From Patescibacteria group bacterium (lineage in GTDB: Bacteria > Patescibacteriota > Patescibacteriia > Patescibacteriales > UBA12465), in the NCBI GenBank assembly GCA_041664445.1, contig JBAYKT010000004.1, forward strand, positions 9,976 to 73,975: a stretch of DNA of 64,000 nucleotides, given 5' to 3'. The notes under the pieces were generated by a model. That model was not told where the DNA came from and ran no database searches. It saw only the letters and a list, made by a program, of their open reading frames with translations. Shown in pieces: positions 54,396 to 62,834 of this stretch. A program made the position numbers and the translations under genes. The stretch's first letter is position 1. Every line of letters begins with the position of its first letter.

Positions 54396-55424
54396 ATGGC
54401 TAAAACGCTAAATATCTTGCAAAAAATAGAAGCCGCCGGTCTAGTTGGTCGCGGCGGCGCTCGTTATCCAACGGCTAAAAAATGGTCTAGTTTTGCGCAG
54501 TCTTTAAAGAATAGGGAAATCGGTTATATTGTAATTAATGGTGCCGAAGGTGAGCCGGGAATAAAAAAAGATGCTTATTTACTGGCCGAAAAAACTGAAG
54601 CGGTTGTTAATGGCATCTATTTGGCGGATCAATTTTTTGGCGGCAATAAGATAAAAAAGATTTATTTTTTCTTGAAGCACGAGTATCATCGCGATTATTC
54701 TAAAAAGATAAAAGAGATTCTGGATACTAAAAAATATCGCGCTTTATCCAAGAAAATAGAATTTTTTATTAAACCGGAATCCCCGATGTATATTTGCGGC
54801 GAAGAAACGGCGATTATTAATATTATTTCCGGTCGTCGCGCGGAACCGCGTTTAAAGCCGCCTTTTCCAGCGGCTAGTGGCATTCATAATCACCCGACCT
54901 TAGTTAACAATGTAGAAACTTTTTATGACATTAGCTTAGTCGGCGCTGATAATTATGAAGGACATCGTCTTTATACTCTGGGCGGAGCCGTCAAGCATCG
55001 TGGTGTTTTTTCATTGCCGGCAGTTATGAGCGTGCGCGAAGTTTTACAAGCGACTAACAATTATCCGACTTTTGATTTTTTTGTGATGACCGGCGGTGAA
55101 GTTTGCGGCGAATTATTGCGTTCCGACCAATTGCAAGCTCCGGTTGAAGGTTCCGCTTTAGTGATGGTTTTTGATAAACAGAAAACTGATTTAAAAAAAT
55201 TGTTAGCCTATTGGTTGAAATTTTACGAAGCGGAAAGTTGCGGCTTGTGTGCTGCTTGCCGCGAAGGGAGTTATCGTTTTCGGGAACTGAGCCAACAAGC
55301 AAATTATGATCAGCAGCTTTTTATTGATTTGTTGGATAATTTAGAAGATTCCAGTTTCTGTGCGCTCGGCTCTTCCTTGGCACTCACCGTTAAAAGCATG
55401 ATGGAAAATATAAATAAAAAATAA
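54396..55424 (+). CDS. Minimal NuoF/HydB-like NADH-binding flavoprotein subunit
   Basis: GRGGARYPTAKKW (FMN site), INGAEGEPG, YICGEETAIINIISG..EPRLKPPFPA, VNNVETF, ESCGLCAACREG (4Fe-4S). No thioredoxin-like or ferredoxin extensions. Confidence 0.85.
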   Translation: MAKTLNILQKIEAAGLVGRGGARYPTAKKWSSFAQSLKNREIGYIVINGAEGEPGIKKDAYLLAEKTEAVVNGIYLADQFFGGNKIKKIYFFLKHEYHRDYSKKIKEILDTKKYRALSKKIEFFIKPESPMYICGEETAIINIISGRRAEPRLKPPFPAASGIHNHPTLVNNVETFYDISLVGADNYEGHRLYTLGGAVKHRGVFSLPAVMSVREVLQATNNYPTFDFFVMTGGEVCGELLRSDQLQAPVEGSALVMVFDKQKTDLKKLLAYWLKFYEAESCGLCAACREGSYRFRELSQQANYDQQLFIDLLDNLEDSSFCALGSSLALTVKSMMENINKK

Positions 55425-55428
55425 AACT

Positions 55429-56217
55429 ATGGAAAACACAAATGAAAAATCGGCTGTAATTTATAGCAAGCCGAAATTAACCCCCGTTTTTGAAATTTTT
55501 AGAGAGGCGCTTAGTATTTGGTGGAAAAATTTGGATAAAATTTTAAAAATTTATTGGGAAGGAATTAAGCCGACCCTTATTCCTCTCGGAGTAACCGCTG
55601 TCCTTGGTATTTTAGCGGTGGTTATTGATGGACCATTGGGGACTGTTTTTAAGATCACCATGTCTATTTCTGCCGCCGTTACGCTTGTTTTGGCAATTTA
55701 TTTTTGGACTCGCTCTTATGCCGGCATCTTTTTGTTAGTGAAAAAAAACTATAAAGATGAAGCGACAGAAACTTATAAAGAAACTAAAAAATTATTCTGG
55801 CCTTATATTGGCTTGTCTTTGTTAACCGGTTTATTGATTTTATGCTGGATGTTGCTTTTAATAATTCCGGGCATTATTTTTGCCTTTATTTATAGCTTTG
55901 CCGTTTATGCTTTCTTTTTTGAAGATAAAAGAGGGATGAAAGCGGTTCGCCGTAGCCGTGAAATTATCAAAGGTTATTTTTGGGAAGTCATGGGGCGCTT
56001 ATGCTTTTTAGGATTGATTGCTTGGATATTTATGATGATTATTTCTATTCCGAGTGAAATTTATCTTTCGAATCAGCCGCTGGCTCTCGTACCGGAAAAT
56101 AGCGCGGTGGTGCAAGGCTGGAACTTTTTTACCCAAGTCATTAGTTGGCTGGTTGGACCGATTGCTATGTTGTTTACTTATAAAATTTATACGGATTTAA
56201 TAAAAATTAAGAAATAA
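55429..56217 (+). CDS. Polytopic membrane protein, unknown function
   Basis: 5-6 hydrophobic helices. Layout resembles DUF975/GDPD-membrane-domain-type proteins. Tightly packed between the nuoF-like gene and hydA (4- and 11-nt gaps). Confidence 0.6.
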   Translation: MENTNEKSAVIYSKPKLTPVFEIFREALSIWWKNLDKILKIYWEGIKPTLIPLGVTAVLGILAVVIDGPLGTVFKITMSISAAVTLVLAIYFWTRSYAGIFLLVKKNYKDEATETYKETKKLFWPYIGLSLLTGLLILCWMLLLIIPGIIFAFIYSFAVYAFFFEDKRGMKAVRRSREIIKGYFWEVMGRLCFLGLIAWIFMMIISIPSEIYLSNQPLALVPENSAVVQGWNFFTQVISWLVGPIAMLFTYKIYTDLIKIKK

Positions 56218-56228
56218 TTATTTTTTAG

Positions 56229-57935
56229 ATGATTATTAAAATCAATAACAAAAAATACAGTGCTGCCAAGGGCCAAACTATTTTAGATGTTGCCCGTGAA
56301 CATGGTATAAAAATTCCTAGTCTTTGCCATCATCCCGATTTAGACGTGCGGGCGAGTTGCCGTATTTGCGTTGTGGAAATAACCGGACGCCAAAAATTAG
56401 CGACCGCCTGTTCAACCGAGCTTGAAGGGGGGATGGAAATATATACTGATTCCGCGCGCGTACAAAAATCACGCAATCTTAATATTGAATTAATTTTTGC
56501 CTCTCATGTCGAAAAATGTTCAAGCTGCACCCTGCGTTTTAATTGTGATTTATTGGAATTAGCGCGGGAATACGGTATTAAGATTACCCGTTTTCCCGAT
56601 CGTAAAGTAAAGCGTAAAACCTATAAATTTGCTAACGCCGTCGAAATAGACGGAACGCAATGTATTGATTGCGGCAACTGTGTTGAAGCTTGCCATAATC
56701 AAGGTATAGATTTCTTAAAAATTTCCGGTCATGGTCACGAGCAAGAGATTCAGCCAGTAAAAGCTAAAGGCAGTGCTTGTATTTATTGCGGGCAATGCGC
56801 TAATGCTTGTCCGGTCGCGGCCGCGCAAGAACAGGGTGAATGGCAAAATGTGGAAGCGGCTCTAAAAAATAAAAAGAAAATTGTGGTTGCTCAATTCGCA
56901 CCTTCAATTCGTGTTTCTTTGGGGGAAGAATTTGGTTTACCCTATGGTTATAACTGCGCCAAGAAAATTAATACCGCTTTGAAGGAACTTGGCTTTAATT
57001 ATATTTTTGATGTTAATTTTGGGGCAGATATTACGACAATGACCGAAGCGGAAGAATTGATGGCGAGAATAAATGACAAAAAAGCAGTTTTTCCAATGAC
57101 CACGTCCTGTTGTCCAGCTTGGGTGGCTTACGCTGAATTTTATCATCCGGAATTATTGCCGAATTTGACCACGGCGCGTTCACCGCATATTCATAGTGCC
57201 GGGGCGATTAAAAGTTATTTCGCCAAGCAGAAGGGAATTAATCCTAAAAATATTGAAGTTGTTTCCATCGTCCCCTGTACCTCCAAAAAATATGAGGCGG
57301 CGCGGCCGGAATTAACATATAAAGGAAAACCTTTAGTTGATCATGTTTTGACAACCAGAGAATTGGCTTTTATTTTAAAAAAGAATAAGATTGATTTGGC
57401 AAAGTTGCCGGAGAGCGAAGTTGACCCGATATTTAATGATGGTTCGGGCGCGGCGGCCATTTATGGCGCTTCTGGCGGGGTAATGGAATCAGCACTAAGA
57501 ACAGCCGTTTCTCTAGCTTGCGCGCAAAAAAAGACTAAAAATAAATTATGTGCCAGTCGTTTAGAATTCAAGGAAGTTCGAGGATTAAAAGGATTTAAAG
57601 AGGCAACGGTTGATTTGGCCGGTAAAAAAGTGCGGGTCGGTGTGGTCAATGGAATTGCTCATTTTGAAGCCCTCTTGCCTAAACTGCATAAATACCATTA
57701 TATTGAAGTGATGGCTTGTCCTGGCGGTTGTCTTGGCGGTGGCGGCCAACCTTTGCCGACAACTAACGCGATTCGACAAAAGCGCTTGGAAGGTATGTAC
57801 GCGATTGATAAGGGTAAGACCAAGATGAGACGCGCTCATGAAAATCAGCCGATGGTGGAATATTATCAGTGGGTTAAGAATAATAAATTAGCAAGCAAGT
57901 TATTACATACCAAGTTTAAAGCGACGAACAAGTAA
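56229..57935 (+). CDS. hydA: [FeFe]-hydrogenase catalytic subunit
   Basis: N-terminal 2Fe-2S fold (CHHPDLDVRASCRICVVE), two ferredoxin-type CxxCxxCxxxCP motifs, H-cluster signatures TSCCPAW, VPCTSKKYEA and EVMACPGGCLGGGGQP. Confidence 0.9.
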   Translation: MIIKINNKKYSAAKGQTILDVAREHGIKIPSLCHHPDLDVRASCRICVVEITGRQKLATACSTELEGGMEIYTDSARVQKSRNLNIELIFASHVEKCSSCTLRFNCDLLELAREYGIKITRFPDRKVKRKTYKFANAVEIDGTQCIDCGNCVEACHNQGIDFLKISGHGHEQEIQPVKAKGSACIYCGQCANACPVAAAQEQGEWQNVEAALKNKKKIVVAQFAPSIRVSLGEEFGLPYGYNCAKKINTALKELGFNYIFDVNFGADITTMTEAEELMARINDKKAVFPMTTSCCPAWVAYAEFYHPELLPNLTTARSPHIHSAGAIKSYFAKQKGINPKNIEVVSIVPCTSKKYEAARPELTYKGKPLVDHVLTTRELAFILKKNKIDLAKLPESEVDPIFNDGSGAAAIYGASGGVMESALRTAVSLACAQKKTKNKLCASRLEFKEVRGLKGFKEATVDLAGKKVRVGVVNGIAHFEALLPKLHKYHYIEVMACPGGCLGGGGQPLPTTNAIRQKRLEGMYAIDKGKTKMRRAHENQPMVEYYQWVKNNKLASKLLHTKFKATNK

Positions 57936-57937
57936 TT

Positions 57938-59374
57938 ATGAAAATTCCCGAATATGTTGTTAAAACTATCGACGCCCTGAAACAAGGGCGTTTTGAAGCT
58001 TATATCGTAGGCGGTTGCGTACGGGATTTTTTAATGGGGAAGGAGCCCAAGGACTGGGATATTACGACCAATGCTAAGCCGGAAGAAATTTTGAAAATAT
58101 TTGCTGACGCTAAATATGAAAATGATTTCGGGACCGTGCTTTTGCCTATTCGGGAAAAAGAGATAGTGATTGATGTTTTGGAAATAACCACCTATCGCAG
58201 TGAACAAGGATATTCTGACCGGCGTCATCCGGATGAAGTTCGTTTTGAAGAAAAATTGGATAAAGATTTGGAGCGCCGCGATTTTACGATTAACGCGCTC
58301 GCGCTTAATCCGGCGAATCCTGAAGAGGTGGTTGATTATTTTGGCGGACGCAAAGACATTAAGGCCAGAATTATCCGCGCAGTTGGTGAACCATCAGATA
58401 GATTTAAAGAGGACGCCTTGCGAATGTTGCGCGCCGTGCGCTTTAGCGCGCAGTTAGGTTTTGAATTAGAGCCAAAAACTCAGAGAGGAATTTTAAAGTT
58501 AGCCGGGAGTTTGAAGTTTGTTTCTAAAGAAAGAATCAAAGATGAGATGATAAAAATTCTGGCTTCCGATCGTCCTTATGAAGGGATAATGTTGCTTCAT
58601 GACTGTAAGTTGTTGCAATATATTTTGCCGGAACTAGAGCAGGGAGTAGACGTTAAACAGGATAGACACCACATTTATAATGTTTTTAAGCACAACGCCT
58701 TAGCGCTTAAGCATTGCCCGAGTAAAGAATGGCAGGTTAGATTTGCTGCCTTGCTTCATGATGTTGCTAAACCAAAAACTCGAAAGATTATTAATAATGT
58801 TGCAACTTTTTATAATCATGAATACTTAGGCGCAAAAATGACCGATAAAATCATGACGCGTTTAAAATTTTCCAATGATGACCGTTTGCGGGTGGTTAAC
58901 CTAGTCAAAAACCACATGTTTTATTATAATGTAGGAGAGGTGAGCGCCGCCTCGGTCAGACGTTTAATTGTTAAAGTCGGCCGCGAAAATCTTAAAGATT
59001 TAATTGATTTGCGCATCGCCGATAGACTTGGTTCCGGCACGCCTAAAGCGATGCCTTATAAATTGCGCCATTTGCAGTACATGATGGAAAAAGTGCAGAA
59101 TGACCCAATTTCTGTTAAAATGTTAAAAATAAATGGCGATGATTTAATGCAGATTTTGGGAATCGCTCCCGGACCGAAGATTGGCGCGATTTTAGATGTC
59201 TTGCTAAGCGAAGTAATTGAAGACCCGGAATTAAATGAAGCAAAAATACTAATCATGCACGCCCAGGAACTAGATAAATTAAATTTGGAAGAATTACGAG
59301 CTAAAGCTAAAGAAATTATTGAAGAAAAAAGACAGGAAGAAGACCGAGATATTAAAAAACAATATAAAGTTTAA
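57938..59374 (+). CDS. cca: CCA-adding tRNA nucleotidyltransferase with HD domain
   Basis: YIVGGCVRDFLMGKEPKDWDITT, RRDFTINALA, ED.LR.LRAVRF, HD region LLHDVAKP. Confidence 0.9.
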   Translation: MKIPEYVVKTIDALKQGRFEAYIVGGCVRDFLMGKEPKDWDITTNAKPEEILKIFADAKYENDFGTVLLPIREKEIVIDVLEITTYRSEQGYSDRRHPDEVRFEEKLDKDLERRDFTINALALNPANPEEVVDYFGGRKDIKARIIRAVGEPSDRFKEDALRMLRAVRFSAQLGFELEPKTQRGILKLAGSLKFVSKERIKDEMIKILASDRPYEGIMLLHDCKLLQYILPELEQGVDVKQDRHHIYNVFKHNALALKHCPSKEWQVRFAALLHDVAKPKTRKIINNVATFYNHEYLGAKMTDKIMTRLKFSNDDRLRVVNLVKNHMFYYNVGEVSAASVRRLIVKVGRENLKDLIDLRIADRLGSGTPKAMPYKLRHLQYMMEKVQNDPISVKMLKINGDDLMQILGIAPGPKIGAILDVLLSEVIEDPELNEAKILIMHAQELDKLNLEELRAKAKEIIEEKRQEEDRDIKKQYKV

Positions 59375-59388
59375 TAATTAAGTAAAGT

Positions 59389-60123
59389 ATGAAAAAAATT
59401 TTATTTTTTTTGGGGCTAATTATTTTAGCCGCTTCGTTATCGGCTTGCTCGACTAAAACTCAAAAGGCAGAGGAAAATAAGCCGGAGAGTGAAGGCTTGG
59501 AAGCCAATGTTATTAATAATTCAACTAATGATGACGCTGTTGTTTTGAATGAACCCCCGGCTATTAGTCCGGAGACTATCAAAGACCCAGTAGTCACTAA
59601 TCCTATGAGAACTTTAAACAATCACTTAGATTTAGCAGCGGAATATTCCCAGGCGATTATCAAAACCAGCTTAGGTAATATTACCGTTAAATTTTATGGC
59701 AACGATTCGCCGATTACCGTTAATAATTTTATGAACTTGGTACAAAAAGGTTTCTATAATGAAACTAAGTTTCATCGAGTGATTAAAGATTTTATGATTC
59801 AGGGTGGCGATCCAAACAGTAAGAATACCGATACCAGCCTATACGGCACTGGCGGCCCAGGTTATAAGTTTGCCGATGAATTTAATTCTCACAAGCTAGT
59901 TGCCGGTTCTTTGGCCATGGCTAATTCTGGGGCAGATACCAATGGTTCCCAGTTCTTTATTGTTACCGCCGCTGAAACTCCTTGGCTTGACGGCAAGCAT
60001 GTAAATTTTGGAGAGGTTATTAGCGGGATGGATGTTGTTAAGAAGATTGAAGCTTTAGAAACTGGTGAACGTGATATTCCAACCGAAGCGGTAATTATTA
60101 CTTCTGTTGAACTTAAGAAATAG
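59389..60123 (+). CDS. Cyclophilin-type peptidyl-prolyl isomerase, lipoprotein
   Basis: Lipobox [41 protein letters not shown]. Confidence 0.9.
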   Translation: MKKILFFLGLIILAASLSACSTKTQKAEENKPESEGLEANVINNSTNDDAVVLNEPPAISPETIKDPVVTNPMRTLNNHLDLAAEYSQAIIKTSLGNITVKFYGNDSPITVNNFMNLVQKGFYNETKFHRVIKDFMIQGGDPNSKNTDTSLYGTGGPGYKFADEFNSHKLVAGSLAMANSGADTNGSQFFIVTAAETPWLDGKHVNFGEVISGMDVVKKIEALETGERDIPTEAVIITSVELKK

Positions 60124-60146
60124 TCAAAATATCTGATATTAAGTAA

Positions 60147-60176
60147 AAAATCGCGGTTTAGAATCGCGGTTTTTTG
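60147..60176 (+). terminator. Terminator after the gap...ppi gene string
   Basis: AAAATCGCG - 9-nt loop - CGCGGTTTT followed by TTG. Confidence 0.55.
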
Positions 60177-60191
60177 TTGTTTTAGTTGTTG

Positions 60192-60220
60192 TTGACTTAA
60201 GTAATAAAAAATGTTATTAT
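60192..60220 (+). promoter_or_regulatory. Promoter of 60270..61124
   Basis: TTGACT (60192-97), 17 nt including TGt, TATTAT (60215-20). Confidence 0.55.
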
Positions 60221-60269
60221 TTTTCGATTTGTTACTTTAACAATTTAAAAACCAAAAATCATATCAATC

Positions 60270-61124
60270 ATGAAAAAAATCATCGTAATTTTTGTATTTT
60301 TAGCTGCCATAAATTTGGCCGCTTTCGCTCAGATTAAGAATTTAGTTGCCACTGATGACAGTTCTTTGGTCGTTAATAATGTCTATGTTGGGCTTCTGAA
60401 TGCCAGCACCTTTGATTCTGATTTGAATGTTGAGCATAGCTATGATTTCCGCATTGGTGGTAATTTAACCTGGCAACTTTCTTCTTGGATGAAGGCTAAA
60501 GCTTTAGTCGTTTACGACCGGGCAAATGGAGAGGATAAGAATATAAATTTTTTCTCTCTCAAGCTTCATTCTCGAAATGAAAAGATGGGTTTAGAGTTTG
60601 GCCGCATGCCGACTCTATCCACGGAAATGATGCCAATCCCGCTTAGTCCCGGAGGACATTTTAGTACTTGGGCTGAAAGCCAAATTATTGGGCCGGCTAT
60701 CGGCGCTAAAACAACTTTCAAAATTAAAGAAAGTTTGTTTGGTTTTGGGATTGCCAGGCGTGGTGATAAACCTGAATACCATTTAAAATTGGAATCTGGA
60801 GTAATCTCTTCTGCCGCTTCTTATAGCACCGCCACCAAGATGTTTGAATCTGTTTTTTCTTTCAAGCCGGATTATGTCTACAGCGTTTCTGTATTTCAAA
60901 ATGTCGGTTCCTCTAATCTTTTAGCTAATTATACTAGTGTGCCTATTGGCCATAATTTGGAAGTCTGTATAGACGCCGGTTATTGTTTTGAAGAGCAAAA
61001 ATTTCGGAAACTGGAATTTGGAGTTATTAAAACTTTTCAAGCTAATTGGCTCAAAGGGCTACTGTATGTTTGCTATACGCAAGAGGATAACAGATTGAAT
61101 GCTTTTTTATTGTTTCATATTTAA
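60270..61124 (+). CDS. Secreted beta-rich protein with outer-membrane-beta-barrel-like sequence pattern
   Basis: Signal peptide MKKIIVIFVFLAAINLAAFA/Q. About 12 segments of strictly alternating hydrophobic/polar residues (YDFRIGGNLTWQL, LFGFGIARR, YVYSVSVFQ, LEVCIDAGYCFE, KLEFGVIKTFQ). Confidence 0.6.
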   Translation: MKKIIVIFVFLAAINLAAFAQIKNLVATDDSSLVVNNVYVGLLNASTFDSDLNVEHSYDFRIGGNLTWQLSSWMKAKALVVYDRANGEDKNINFFSLKLHSRNEKMGLEFGRMPTLSTEMMPIPLSPGGHFSTWAESQIIGPAIGAKTTFKIKESLFGFGIARRGDKPEYHLKLESGVISSAASYSTATKMFESVFSFKPDYVYSVSVFQNVGSSNLLANYTSVPIGHNLEVCIDAGYCFEEQKFRKLEFGVIKTFQANWLKGLLYVCYTQEDNRLNAFLLFHI

Positions 61125-61146
61125 AAATGACGCAATTACAGCTTAT

Positions 61147-61178
61147 AAAACCTCGTTTCCAGGCGGGGTTTTTTATTT
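61147..61178 (+). terminator. Terminator after 60270..61124
   Basis: AAAACCTCG - 8-nt loop - CGGGGTTTT followed by TTTATTT. Confidence 0.65.
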
Positions 61179-61205
61179 GACTTAAAACAATTTTTCTGTT
61201 AATAT
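61177..61205 (+). promoter_or_regulatory. Promoter of guaB-purA
   Basis: TTGACT (61177-82), 17 nt including TGt, TAATAT (61200-05). Confidence 0.55.
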
Positions 61206-61272
61206 TTCCTGAATTATAAAATTCAAATTTTTTAATATTCTTTAACAATTTAATAACTTAAAACCATTGATT

Positions 61273-62808
61273 ATGAATCAGACAGACAAGTTTCAAGCAG
61301 TTAGAAGGTGCGATGATTTTTTCGCAGCTCAGAGACAGCGCTACTTTGCCGTTAGCTTTGATGACGTTAGATTATTTACTGCTTATTCGGAAATTCTTCC
61401 AACGCAGACTAGTTTAAAGTCTAAATTCTCTCGCAATGTTGGGCTCAATATCCCAATCATCAGTTCACCAATGGACACGGTGACGGAATATAAAATGGCT
61501 ATTGCGATTGCCATGGATGGTGGTTTGGGGATAATTCATAGAGGATTAGACCCGGTAACACAGGCCGCCCACGTTGCTAAGGTAAAACATCGCTTAAATG
61601 CCTTTTTACCAGATCCAATCTGCATTAAGCAGAATGATAAGGTGACTGACATTTTGCGAATGAGAGAAATTAAAGATTATGGCTTTTCATCTTTTCCAGT
61701 AATGGATAATGATGGACGAATAATTGGCATTGTAACCAGCAATGATTTCGATTTTTGCCATGATCAAGAAAATTCTTTGATTTCCGACATCATGTCTTCA
61801 CGTCTAATCAGCGCTTTACCAGGAACAAATGTTACCGACGCTTATTCACTGATGCGTAAGCATCACAAAAAAATTCTGCCGATTTTTGATGATGACCGGG
61901 ATCTTAAAGGTATTTATACCTGGACTGATGTTAAAAGGATAATGACCAACAATGCGGAAGGTTATAATCTTGATAAAAATGGCAGTTTATTTGTCGGTGC
62001 CGCTATCGGAGTTTCTCCTGAAGACAGGGAGCGGGCTGAGTTATTGGCGCAGAAAGGAGTTGATGTTTTGGTAATTGATACCGCTCACGGCAATTCGCTG
62101 GGTGTGATAGAGATGCTTAAGTATTTAAAAAAAACTTATCCAAACATCGATGTCGTAGCCGGCAATATTTCCGAAGGAGAGGCCGCTAAAAGATTAGCAG
62201 ATGCTGGTGCCGATGGTTTGCGGATTGGTCAGGGTCCTGGTTCTATTTGTACGACCAGAATCACGGCTGGTATCGGGCATCCTCAGGTTTCGGCAATTTA
62301 CGAATGCGAAAAAGCAATTCGCGGTTCCGGAGTTCCTATTTGTGCTGACGGTGGCATCAGATATTCTGGCGACGTCGCAGTTGCTATGGGCGCGGGAGCT
62401 GACAGTGTCATGCTTGGCAATTTGTTGGCTGGAACCACAGAGTCTCCTGGCGATGTTTTCTTTAAGAATGGCAAAGCGGTAAAGGTTTATCGCGGCATGG
62501 GTTCCTTGGAGGCAATGAAGGAACATAAAACTTCGCGTCAACGTTATGGTCAGATTGAAGGTGGCACCGATAAATTGGTTCCTGAAGGAGTTTCTGGTGA
62601 AGTATTGTTCAAGGGGGAAGTTCATAACGTTCTTCATCAACTGCTCGGCGGCTTGCGTGCTGGGTTAGGCTACTTAGGCGTAAAAGAAGTTAGCTTTTTT
62701 AAAGAAATAGCTGATTTCCATTTAGTCTCTAATTCAGGCATGCAGGAGTCGCATCCGCATGACTTGTTTTCTATGAATGAGGCTCCTAATTATCGGAGCC
62801 CGCGTTAG
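61273..62808 (+). CDS. guaB: IMP dehydrogenase (with CBS pair)
   Basis: SFDDVRL, IPIISSPMDTVTE, GGLGIIH, CBS region, GIGPGSICTTR catalytic loop, GGIRYSGD, YRGMGS. ATG 61273 preferred over TTG 61267. Confidence 0.9.
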   Translation: MNQTDKFQAVRRCDDFFAAQRQRYFAVSFDDVRLFTAYSEILPTQTSLKSKFSRNVGLNIPIISSPMDTVTEYKMAIAIAMDGGLGIIHRGLDPVTQAAHVAKVKHRLNAFLPDPICIKQNDKVTDILRMREIKDYGFSSFPVMDNDGRIIGIVTSNDFDFCHDQENSLISDIMSSRLISALPGTNVTDAYSLMRKHHKKILPIFDDDRDLKGIYTWTDVKRIMTNNAEGYNLDKNGSLFVGAAIGVSPEDRERAELLAQKGVDVLVIDTAHGNSLGVIEMLKYLKKTYPNIDVVAGNISEGEAAKRLADAGADGLRIGQGPGSICTTRITAGIGHPQVSAIYECEKAIRGSGVPICADGGIRYSGDVAVAMGAGADSVMLGNLLAGTTESPGDVFFKNGKAVKVYRGMGSLEAMKEHKTSRQRYGQIEGGTDKLVPEGVSGEVLFKGEVHNVLHQLLGGLRAGLGYLGVKEVSFFKEIADFHLVSNSGMQESHPHDLFSMNEAPNYRSPR

Positions 62809-62834
62809 TCAAAAACCAAAAAAAACTGTAAAAA

